A stretch of 32,000 bases of DNA from Candidatus Methanomassiliicoccus intestinalis Issoire-Mx1 (GTDB taxonomy: Archaea > Thermoplasmatota > Thermoplasmata > Methanomassiliicoccales > Methanomassiliicoccaceae), in NCBI RefSeq assembly GCF_000404225.1, contig NC_021353.1, forward strand, positions 808,371-840,370, read 5' to 3'. The position numbers and the translations under genes are program-made. The notes beneath the pieces were generated by a model. It worked only from the letters and a program-made list of their open reading frames with translations, was not told where the DNA came from and made no database searches. Position 1 is the first letter of the stretch; the number at the start of each line of letters is the position of its first letter. Shown here piece by piece: positions 17,044 through 25,876 of this stretch.

Positions 17044-18315
17044 GTGGACCGCAGAGAAGTTCTCGAATGGCTTTTTGCACAGGAAGCCTCAGGCATAAAG
17101 TTTGGGTTAGAAAACACTAAAGAACTTTTGAAACGCATGGGTAACCCTCATGAAAAGTTTAAATCGGTTCATATTGCCGGAACCAATGGCAAAGGCTCAG
17201 TAAGTGCAATGACTGAATCTGTTTTACGTGAATCTGGATATATTACAGGGCTTTATACGTCTCCTCATCTGGTAGATTTCAGCGAAAGAATACGCGTGTG
17301 TGGGAAAAAAATTTCAGACAGTGAGTTTCTTGAGTTGGCTAAAGATGTCAAATATCATGCTGATAAAATGTTGAGTGAATCTAAAAAATTGACATTTTTT
17401 GAACTTACTACTGCAATTGCCTTTGCGCACTTTGCTAGATGTGGGGTAGAGATTGCAGTAATTGAAGTTGGGATGGGTGGTAGATTGGACTCTACAAACG
17501 TCATCTCGCCAGAAGTTTGTGCAATTACACCTATTAGTATGGAACATGCAGAGTTTCTAGGAGACACACTTGCTAAAATTGCTGCAGAGAAGGCAGGAAT
17601 AATCAAACCAGGAATTCCCGTAGTATGTTCTAAACAGCCTGATGATGTTATAAAAGTCATAAGATCTAAAACGGACATGCTCATAGTGGCAGGAGAGAAC
17701 TCAAAATTCGAGATAATATCTTCTGACTCTAATGGGACTGAGATATTTTCTGACGCCGTGGGGATGAACCTTTCAGTACCACTTATTGGGTCTTATCAGG
17801 GGGATAATTGTGCTTTAGCAGTTATCATGCTAAGAGAACTGATGAATCGCGGATTTTACATCCCAGATGAAGCTTTTCTCCGAGGTCTCCAGAACACCAA
17901 ATGGCCAGGCAGATTGGAGACTGTTTCTTTTAATCCCAGGATCATAATTGATTGCACTCATACTCCTGCTGGAGCTGAAGTCGTAGCATCTGAAGTGAAA
18001 AGAATATTTGGTAACGTTATTTTGATCTTTGGAATTCTTAAGGATAAGGATGTAAAGGCCGTAGCAGAGAAGTTTGGGGCAATTTCTGAGAAGGCTTTCA
18101 TAGTCACGCCTGATTCGAAAAGAGCCCTCTCTGCAGAACAGGCTTCTAAATATTTTGAACCATATACAAAAGTACAGATCTGCCCTTCTTTGAAATGCGC
18201 CATATCAGCTGCAAAAGAAAATGCAGGCTCTAACGGAACTATATTGATAACTGGATCATTGTATATGGCAGGTGAAGCTATGGAGGTGCTCAATGTCTCA
18301 GAAAGTATCTTGTGA
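17044..18315 (+). CDS. folC: folylpolyglutamate synthase / dihydrofolate synthase (Mur ligase family)
   Basis: 423 aa. GIKFGLENT...HIAGTNGKGS P-loop and Mur-ligase middle and C-terminal pattern. GTG start. Confidence 0.9.
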   Translation: MDRREVLEWLFAQEASGIKFGLENTKELLKRMGNPHEKFKSVHIAGTNGKGSVSAMTESVLRESGYITGLYTSPHLVDFSERIRVCGKKISDSEFLELAKDVKYHADKMLSESKKLTFFELTTAIAFAHFARCGVEIAVIEVGMGGRLDSTNVISPEVCAITPISMEHAEFLGDTLAKIAAEKAGIIKPGIPVVCSKQPDDVIKVIRSKTDMLIVAGENSKFEIISSDSNGTEIFSDAVGMNLSVPLIGSYQGDNCALAVIMLRELMNRGFYIPDEAFLRGLQNTKWPGRLETVSFNPRIIIDCTHTPAGAEVVASEVKRIFGNVILIFGILKDKDVKAVAEKFGAISEKAFIVTPDSKRALSAEQASKYFEPYTKVQICPSLKCAISAAKENAGSNGTILITGSLYMAGEAMEVLNVSESIL

Positions 18316-18949
18316 AGTTTTAGACCGTCTTACAAAACTATTCGAAGGAACGGAATCTCCAACGGCATTAGCTAAAACCCCTACTTGGAATGCTACACCA
18401 TTTACTGTTCTCATATCTACAGTACTGTCTCAGCGAAACCGGGATGAGATTACGTATGCTGCATCTGAAAGACTATTCAAGAAATATCCCACACCGGAAA
18501 CACTTGTGGATGCTGATCTTGATGATGTGAATGATATAATCAGCAACGTTAATTTCCATTTCAATAAAGCTAAGGCGATTAAAGAGATTTCTAGAATATT
18601 GTGTGAAGACTACAACAGCGAGGTTCCGAAAGATATCAATGAACTCGTAAAGCTTCCAATGGTAGGGAGGAAAACCGCCAATTGTCTTCTTGGATATGCA
18701 TATAGAATAGATTCAATCTGTGTTGACACTCATGTCCATAGAATCTCTAACAGGATTGGAATTGTAGATTCTAAGACACCTGAAGAAACTGAAATGCAGC
18801 TTCAGACTGCTGTACCTAGAGATCGATGGCTGGAAATTAACGATCTATTTGTGAGATTTGGGCAGGAAATCTGCACTCCTCAAAGACCTAAACATCAAAT
18901 ATGTCCTTTGAAAGATCTGTGCAGAGAATTTAGAAACGAATCTGAGTGA
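18293..18949 (+). CDS. nth: endonuclease III (HhH-GPD DNA glycosylase/AP lyase)
   Basis: HhH-GPD LPMVGRKTANCLL, VDTHVHRISNRIG, C-terminal Fe-S loop CTPQRPKHQICPLKDLC. Start taken as MSQKV (18293), overlapping the folC end; the track start is 18272. Confidence 0.92.
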   Translation: MSQKVSCEVLDRLTKLFEGTESPTALAKTPTWNATPFTVLISTVLSQRNRDEITYAASERLFKKYPTPETLVDADLDDVNDIISNVNFHFNKAKAIKEISRILCEDYNSEVPKDINELVKLPMVGRKTANCLLGYAYRIDSICVDTHVHRISNRIGIVDSKTPEETEMQLQTAVPRDRWLEINDLFVRFGQEICTPQRPKHQICPLKDLCREFRNESE

Positions 18950-18955
18950 GATCTT

Positions 18956-21900
18956 ATGGGTATAGATATTAGAGTTACAGATATTGGTGAATATATAACT
19001 CAGAATAGTTGTGCTATAAAATTTAAGCTCCGTGCTGACAAGACATCCACAGAGGCTAATTTTCCGTACTATCACCTTGTAAGAAGTCCTATAAACCCAA
19101 TATTAGTTGAAGCTGGAAGATCCGCAGAAGAAAAAGTTTCAGATATTTTAAAAAATAAATATAATATTGAATTTCTTGGTTGCACAAGTAAATCTCGAGG
19201 AGTAGAATATACAGATTGGGATTCTTTCATAGATTATCTGGAAAATGCTAGAGAATCTAAAGACGTTTTCATGAGAGAAGTTGAAATATGTTCTGATGAG
19301 GGAGCGTTTACATTACACGGTCAAATGGATTTTGTTATTTTGAGATGGATTTCTGGTAATCCAGTTATACGAATTTTGGAGTGTAAATCCAGTAGGAAAG
19401 ACAAGACTTATCATAGAATCCAGCTTGCTTCATATGTATTGATGATCAAACAGAAATTTGCAGAAGGAGTTGTAATTGGCGGAGTTAAAAGGGATGTCGT
19501 GATTGAATGCGCAGTTGTAAGGGTAGAAGGACATGCTGGAGTTCAAGATCCTTTTGAAGTTCCGTCTTTGAACCTTGAAAATGAAATGCTTGATCTGAGG
19601 GAGTTAGTTGATATAAATGGCCCTCTCTATGCAGCATATATCTCAGATTACAGTCATATTGATTACCATTTAGGATCTAAATGTAGTATGTGCACTCATT
19701 CTGCGATCTGTGCTGCAGAGAACATAAGAAAAAGGAAAATAGAGTTGCTTGGTCTTTCTATCTCGGAAAACAGAGCACTAAAGCAGTCAGATATACACAC
19801 CCTCGATGACATCATGAGCATGCCTCTGGAAAAATCCGAAGAACTCCGAATGTGCCCAGCTTTTAAAAGTAGTATTTCAAGACTAAAGCTGGATGCAGAG
19901 ACAAAAATGGCCGGTTTACTGGATGGATATGGTTATCCAGTTCAGGCGTACAACAATGGAGAGATCTCCACACTTCCAGATCATGTTCAAGGAGAAAGCA
20001 GACTTATTTGTATATATCTTGATGTAGAATGGGATCCGGTAGAAGATAGACTTCTAGGTGTAGCAGCTCACATAACAGATTCTGAAAAATACATTTATTT
20101 TGAAAAAGGAAAAAATGCTAGTCCAGATTTAATGGAGTGCGACCAATCTAGAAACAATATCAGCAGAATGAATGCAAAAGAAGTATCAGTTATAATGGAA
20201 TCTGCATGGACTGACTCTTCAGACAAAAACGATCTGAAAGAAAGAGAGCTATTGGAGAATTTTTTCTTGAGTATTTCAAACATACTCTCGGATATTGGAA
20301 ATGGAACTGAAAGAGCACTTCACTTCTATGTCTGGTCCGAATCTGATATGAGACATTTCATAGACGGATGTAAAAGAGCCGGCGGTGATGTTTTGGGGAA
20401 TCTAGTTGAACTGCTTGGTTGCAGGGCAGAATGCACGCACAATCTTGAGCAGGTCATATATTCTTCCATATACAATGAGATAAAACGAAAAATATCAATT
20501 GGGAAAATTTCTCAATCATTAGCATCTGTAACTTCACTTGGTTGGTTTGGATGGTATTTTCACTGGAATAGACAAGTCGGAAACGAAATAATTAATTTCA
20601 GGCGTTCTTTTAGACAGGATATTTTTGATCTCATAGCTAAGTTAGATGAGAAGGATGGAAAGCTGTATTCTTCTGATAACGGAAAATATTATGAAGTCAG
20701 AATTATGGCAGATTCATTGATATCTCTACCATATTGGCATATGATGTGGGATCCAGAATCTGTCTGGAAAATCAGTGACAGCAGGGCCTATACTGCGATG
20801 ACTGAATACCGGAATGCAGGAAAATCAGACTATATTAATGGATTCATGAAGGCTAAATGTCAGGCACTAAGATGGCTAGACGAACGACTCATGCCTAAAG
20901 AAACGCAGTCTGGAAAACGACAGCCTACATTCATCATCAGCAAGCCCCCCATCAATTTAAATGAATTAACCTGTTTAAAAGAAGAATTCAAATCAAGATA
21001 CTCCATAAAACAGGCATGTTTGGATTTTCTTAAACTGGATCACAGTATGAAAGAATCCGAATGGCTATCAAATAATGCTAGACCTACATTTTCAAGGGTC
21101 ATGGATGGTTCATGTATTCCTCTAAAAAATATAAGTTTTTCACAAAATAATAATAAAATAATAATGCATGCCCAATTAGATCTCAAGACATACGGTATCG
21201 ACAATGAAAAATTTTTTGAGGTATGTGAATTTGAAGAATCCAGTTTTGTTAGAATTATTCCATATTCTGGAAGTACTGATTCTGTTGATTATTCTTTAAG
21301 AAAAGGGGTAACCGCAATAATTAATAAAATTGATTTTATTGTTGGAGATTTGGAAGCTTTAATATTCCCTGGCAGATCATCTAATTATATAATGAGTTCT
21401 AGAACATCTGATTTTGATGACTGTAATCTTGGGATTGTAGTATCAAGTATTTCAGACTTCACTAATGAGAAAGTCTCTAAAAGAATAGCTTCATCATCAT
21501 CGCCTGTTTTTGAATGGTTTAATCCCTTATCTCCAAAAGTCCCTCCAAAACTTCCGATACTAGCAGATGATAAATTACGATATGATCATATATTGTATGA
21601 ATCTAGTAACGGAAAACTTAACACTTGCCAAAGAACTGCATGTATTGAGGGTTTGGAGTGCAGAGTGCAGTTGCTATTTGGTCCTCCTGGAACAGGAAAA
21701 ACGAATACCATGGCTTATGCGACACTTCTTCGTTTGATGAAAAGTGGAGAGCACTCTATATTTTTAATTTCTGCAAATACACATACTGCAATAAATGAGC
21801 TCATATCTAGAATTAATACAATTATTGATAAATTTGTAAAAACATCAAATATGCACAATGAATACTTTTCTAAGCCTGCATTTGTGAGACTTAGTGATAC

Positions 21901-22936
21901 GCCTGGAGAGGGAACAATCGATCCTAGAAATATTGCAGCAGCAAAGGATTTCATTGCTAGTGGCAGAACGGTATTTTGTGGAACTGTGGGGCAGATAATA
22001 AAACTTTCAGATGCTATGGTTGATGAGGGATTTTTAGTAGATTCATTAATTATTGATGAAGCTAGCATGATGATCTTTCCTCATTTCTTATCATTGGCTT
22101 CCACTCTTGATATCAATGGTGATATAATGCTTGCAGGTGATATTTTGCAATTATCTCCAATTACCTCTTATGACTGGAATAATGAGCAAAGGGAACAAAT
22201 TGAGATCTTGAAGCCATATCAGAGTGCATATGCTGCCATCAGAGGTCTCTGCCCACAATCTGGCGATTCTTTAAATTATGTGGCAAATCAATCACCCCTC
22301 ACAGTTACGTATAGGATGAATGAAGAATGTACTGATTTAATATCTGAAATATATGATGCAGAAGGTATTAATTTAATATCCGCTTCAACATCGAAATGTT
22401 ATAAATCGGCTATTAATTCCTTTTCTGATCTCTGGGATGGAACGGGGGTTTATTTGATAGTTCACGATGAACACGAATCAAAGAAATACAATCCTTATGA
22501 GGTATCAATTATTCAGGATATCTTAAGATATAAAGATGAAAAAGAAGACGCGGCTGTGATTACACCGCACAGAGCGCAGAAAAGTGCATTGAAGAGATCT
22601 CTTGGAGATGTAATTCCAATTGACACTGTGGAACGGTTTCAAGGAGGGCAGTGTAGTACTATAATTGTATCTGGAACGCAGAGCGATGCTACTGAAATTA
22701 GTGGAAATGCAGAGTTTATATTAGATCTCAATCGTACGAATGTTATTTTTTCCAGAGCCAAGAACCGTTTGATCGTTGTATGTTCAAAGAATCTATTAAA
22801 CAGCGTACCTTCTGAAGCTGAGGAATATGAGAATTCTATACTTTGGAAAAAGTTAAGATCCTTCTGCAGCACAACAGTATTTAAATGTGAGTATAAAGGG
22901 CACTGTGTAGAAGTGAGAATACCGCCGTTAGTTTAA
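18956..22936 (+). CDS. multidomain nuclease-helicase: Cas4/RecB/Dna2-type Fe-S PD-(D/E)xK nuclease, HhH, RNase H-like exonuclease-fold domain and Dna2/Upf1-type SF1B helicase
   Basis: 1326 aa. Nuclease: C19, D125 (19328), ExK ILECK (19379-19387), QLASY, CX2CX5C (19682-19711). RNase H-like: YLDVEWDP (D at 20021), HFYVWSESDMRHF. Helicase: GPPGTGKT (21680-21703), IIDEAS (22049-22066), VERFQGGQ (22628-22651), FSRAKNRLIVV. Confidence 0.85.
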   Translation: MGIDIRVTDIGEYITQNSCAIKFKLRADKTSTEANFPYYHLVRSPINPILVEAGRSAEEKVSDILKNKYNIEFLGCTSKSRGVEYTDWDSFIDYLENARESKDVFMREVEICSDEGAFTLHGQMDFVILRWISGNPVIRILECKSSRKDKTYHRIQLASYVLMIKQKFAEGVVIGGVKRDVVIECAVVRVEGHAGVQDPFEVPSLNLENEMLDLRELVDINGPLYAAYISDYSHIDYHLGSKCSMCTHSAICAAENIRKRKIELLGLSISENRALKQSDIHTLDDIMSMPLEKSEELRMCPAFKSSISRLKLDAETKMAGLLDGYGYPVQAYNNGEISTLPDHVQGESRLICIYLDVEWDPVEDRLLGVAAHITDSEKYIYFEKGKNASPDLMECDQSRNNISRMNAKEVSVIMESAWTDSSDKNDLKERELLENFFLSISNILSDIGNGTERALHFYVWSESDMRHFIDGCKRAGGDVLGNLVELLGCRAECTHNLEQVIYSSIYNEIKRKISIGKISQSLASVTSLGWFGWYFHWNRQVGNEIINFRRSFRQDIFDLIAKLDEKDGKLYSSDNGKYYEVRIMADSLISLPYWHMMWDPESVWKISDSRAYTAMTEYRNAGKSDYINGFMKAKCQALRWLDERLMPKETQSGKRQPTFIISKPPINLNELTCLKEEFKSRYSIKQACLDFLKLDHSMKESEWLSNNARPTFSRVMDGSCIPLKNISFSQNNNKIIMHAQLDLKTYGIDNEKFFEVCEFEESSFVRIIPYSGSTDSVDYSLRKGVTAIINKIDFIVGDLEALIFPGRSSNYIMSSRTSDFDDCNLGIVVSSISDFTNEKVSKRIASSSSPVFEWFNPLSPKVPPKLPILADDKLRYDHILYESSNGKLNTCQRTACIEGLECRVQLLFGPPGTGKTNTMAYATLLRLMKSGEHSIFLISANTHTAINELISRINTIIDKFVKTSNMHNEYFSKPAFVRLSDTPGEGTIDPRNIAAAKDFIASGRTVFCGTVGQIIKLSDAMVDEGFLVDSLIIDEASMMIFPHFLSLASTLDINGDIMLAGDILQLSPITSYDWNNEQREQIEILKPYQSAYAAIRGLCPQSGDSLNYVANQSPLTVTYRMNEECTDLISEIYDAEGINLISASTSKCYKSAINSFSDLWDGTGVYLIVHDEHESKKYNPYEVSIIQDILRYKDEKEDAAVITPHRAQKSALKRSLGDVIPIDTVERFQGGQCSTIIVSGTQSDATEISGNAEFILDLNRTNVIFSRAKNRLIVVCSKNLLNSVPSEAEEYENSILWKKLRSFCSTTVFKCEYKGHCVEVRIPPLV

Positions 22937-22964
22937 AGTGAGAGTTCGGCAATTATTATGTTTA

Positions 22965-23237
22965 ATGCATATAGTATTCTATATACTGATAATCTATCTC
23001 ATCTTGAATCTCGTATCCCTGTTAATGTACAGGTCTGATAAAGATAAAGCAATAAATAATCAATATAGAACATCTGAGAGTACCTTGCTTTTAGCGGCTC
23101 TGATCGGGCCGTTTGGTGCTTACGCAGGTATGAGAAGATATCACCATAAAACAAGGAAGCTGAAATTTAAATTGGTTTTTGTTTTCATGGCTTTACATAT
23201 AATAATCGCGGCTCTTGTCATTTTTGAATTTATGTAA
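22965..23237 (+). CDS. DUF1294-like small membrane protein
   Basis: The pattern ...YRSDKDKA...RTSESTLLLAALIGPFGAYAGMRRYHHKTRKLKF matches my recollection of the DUF1294 core (DK.kA...R.pE..L...a..GG..Ga...HKT.K). Start is ATG 22965 or GTG 22938, 2 nt after the helicase stop. Confidence 0.7.
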   Translation: MHIVFYILIIYLILNLVSLLMYRSDKDKAINNQYRTSESTLLLAALIGPFGAYAGMRRYHHKTRKLKFKLVFVFMALHIIIAALVIFEFM

Positions 23238-23277
23238 TGGGCTCTGTTATAACTCAATACTTGTGGAGAGAAAACAT

Positions 23278-25062
23278 ATGGATGAAGATTTATTGAAAAA
23301 ATACTGGGCCGTAGTAAAAACCGAGCTTGAGACATTTAAGCCGGGGCCTAATGAAGATTGCAATTACTATCCATGTCATTTTAAGGGACAGGATTGTGCA
23401 TATTGTTATTGCCCATTTTATCCTTGCATGGATCAACGACTGGGAAAGATGGTGCATAAAGAAGGCGACGATGAAGAAGTGTGGAGTTGTCAGGACTGTT
23501 ATTGGACGCACAGAAGCGATGTGGCTAAACTCATCTCTGAAAATTTTCCATTTTCAGAAGAACCACCTGCTGACGAGATCAGAGCTGAAATAAAAAAGAA
23601 AATTGAGGAAAAATGTCCAGTGTCTGCAAAACCACTAATGATTCTTGGGACTACTTCAGGGGCTGGTAAATCAATAATTGCTAGTGCATTCTGCCGTGTG
23701 TTCTCTGACATGGGATACAACGTTGCCCCATTCAAATCTCAGAATATGTCGCTAAATTCTATGGCAATATCAGATGGAGAAATCGCCAGGGCGCAGTATC
23801 TGCAGGCTATCGCGGCCAGGACAGATCCAGAAGTAAGCATGAATCCGATTCTGCTTAAGCCACAAGGCGATGATGTTTCTCAAGTTGTTGTAAATGGCTC
23901 TGTTTACAAAAATATGCCAGTTTCTGAATATTATGAAAATTTCACAGTAAATGAAGGTATAAATATAGTGACAAATGCCTGGGAATATTTGAGGAGAACC
24001 AGAGACATTGTAGTTATTGAAGGTGCAGGCTCTCCAGCTGAAATAAACCTTTCAGAATGTGAACTGTCTAATATGAAAGCAGCTGAAATTGCTAATGCTC
24101 CATGTATCCTTGTTGTAAATATGATACGGGGAGGGGCATTTGCGTATGCATATGGAACAATCACTCTACTATCACCTGCACATAGAAAGCATATCAAAGG
24201 AATAATCTTCAACAATATGTATGGATCTGCAGATTGTCTGGATTCTGGAATCAAAAAACTGGAATCAATGCTAGGCATCCCGGTTTTAGGTGTGATTCCT
24301 CATATTGAACATGCTCTTCCAGAAGAAGATTCACAAGATCTCAAATCTTCAAAAGATGGAAATGATATAGCGATAGTTCATCTTCCCAGGATCTCAAATT
24401 TTACTGACTTTGATGCTTTGTCTTTAAGCGGCGTGTCAGTAAAGTTTGTCAGGCAACCCAATGAACTTCGCACTGCAAGGGCTATTGTAATCCCAGGTAC
24501 TAAAAACACATTTGCAGACATGGCCTGGATGAAAGAAAATGGCTTCTTTGAGACTCTTAAAGAACTACGCGGTAAAGTACCGATTCTAGGAATCTGCGGC
24601 GGATACCAGATTCTTGGTAAAAGCATCTATGACACGGAAGGGATTGAAGGAGATGTCAAAGCTGCGGAAGGCCTTGGATTTTTAGATGTTTCTACTGTGT
24701 TTGATACAACTGACAAAAAGACAGTTCAGGTATGCGGATGTCTTGAAAACGGTGAAGAAATAAGAGGATATGAAATTCACATGGGTAAGACCGAAAGCCA
24801 TGAGAAGCCGCTCATAACATTGGATGATGGGAGCCCAGAGGGTTCAATTTCTCCTGATGGGATGGTAATAGGAACATATCTTCATGGCATATTTGATCTG
24901 CCACCATTTAGGGATTATTTTTTGGAAAAAAGCAGCATAACGAGCAGTGAAGAGGTCGACTATGATGCTGAAGTTGATAAAGACCTTGATCTGATGGCAG
25001 AAACGCTCAGGAGCAATATAGACATGAAAGTCATCATGAAGATTATGGAGGATGGGGTATGA
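23278..25062 (+). CDS. cobQ: cobyric acid synthase CobQ with an N-terminal cysteine-rich small domain
   Basis: GGAG 10 nt upstream of the ATG at 23278. About 90-aa Cys-rich N-domain, then the CobQ ATPase domain (GTTSGAGKS, PFKSQNMSLNS, MNPILLKP) and a GATase1 domain (GICGGYQILG, YLHGIFD). Confidence 0.92.
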   Translation: MDEDLLKKYWAVVKTELETFKPGPNEDCNYYPCHFKGQDCAYCYCPFYPCMDQRLGKMVHKEGDDEEVWSCQDCYWTHRSDVAKLISENFPFSEEPPADEIRAEIKKKIEEKCPVSAKPLMILGTTSGAGKSIIASAFCRVFSDMGYNVAPFKSQNMSLNSMAISDGEIARAQYLQAIAARTDPEVSMNPILLKPQGDDVSQVVVNGSVYKNMPVSEYYENFTVNEGINIVTNAWEYLRRTRDIVVIEGAGSPAEINLSECELSNMKAAEIANAPCILVVNMIRGGAFAYAYGTITLLSPAHRKHIKGIIFNNMYGSADCLDSGIKKLESMLGIPVLGVIPHIEHALPEEDSQDLKSSKDGNDIAIVHLPRISNFTDFDALSLSGVSVKFVRQPNELRTARAIVIPGTKNTFADMAWMKENGFFETLKELRGKVPILGICGGYQILGKSIYDTEGIEGDVKAAEGLGFLDVSTVFDTTDKKTVQVCGCLENGEEIRGYEIHMGKTESHEKPLITLDDGSPEGSISPDGMVIGTYLHGIFDLPPFRDYFLEKSSITSSEEVDYDAEVDKDLDLMAETLRSNIDMKVIMKIMEDGV

Positions 25063-25874
25063 CTAGTATCATGGTTCAGGCTACATCTTCAGGTGCTGGG
25101 AAAACGACACTAGTGGCTATACTCTGTAAGCATTTTACATCGAAGGGCATCAATACGGTGCCTTTCAAAGCCCAGAATATATCATTAAATTCATTTGCAA
25201 CTCAATCTGGGGGAGAAATAGGAATGTCTCAGGCATATCAGGCATGGGCGTGTAACAAAGAGCCGCAAACAGACATGAACCCCGTTCTGATTAAACCGCA
25301 TGGTCCTGGACAATCTCAGACCATTCTGGGAGGAAAACCTTTCAACGGCACTCGGGATGAGATTGACAAATACATTGCAGATGCATATCTTAGATCAGAG
25401 TTGGATAATGATCTTGTAATCATTGAAGGGTCTGGTTCTCCCGTAGAAATCAATCTTATCGACAGGTCTAACATGGCAGTTGCAGATATGGCTGATGCAC
25501 CTGTCATTTTAGTAGGGGATATTGAGTATGGTGGAGTTTTTGCTGGACTTTATGGAACATATTCTCTTATGAGTGAAAAACATCGTCAGAGAGTTAAGGC
25601 ATTCGTAATCAATAGATTCAGGGGAGATATGAGTTTATTAATCCCGGGTATCGATAAACTTGAAAAAATGATTGGTGTTCCCTGTGCAGGGGTGCTGCCT
25701 CATGCAAATCTCCTATTTCCTTCAGAGGATTCATTGGATTTCATATCTGGCAGGGGAACAGAAGCAGAAGGAACAGATATCCGAGAAGCTTGGATGGAGA
25801 ATTTAGAAAGGATATATGCTATCTCTCAGAAATATCTGAATTACAGTCTGATTGAATCTTTTATTGATGAGTAA
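25059..25874 (+). CDS. CobQ-like ATPase-domain-only paralog (no glutamine amidotransferase domain)
   Basis: 271 aa, ATGA overlap with cobQ. ATSSGAGKTT, PFKAQNISLNS, MNPVLIKP and IIEGSGSPVEINL align by eye with the N-terminal half of the upstream CobQ. It ends before any GATase motif. Confidence 0.8.
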   Translation: MTSIMVQATSSGAGKTTLVAILCKHFTSKGINTVPFKAQNISLNSFATQSGGEIGMSQAYQAWACNKEPQTDMNPVLIKPHGPGQSQTILGGKPFNGTRDEIDKYIADAYLRSELDNDLVIIEGSGSPVEINLIDRSNMAVADMADAPVILVGDIEYGGVFAGLYGTYSLMSEKHRQRVKAFVINRFRGDMSLLIPGIDKLEKMIGVPCAGVLPHANLLFPSEDSLDFISGRGTEAEGTDIREAWMENLERIYAISQKYLNYSLIESFIDE

Positions 25875-25876
25875 AG

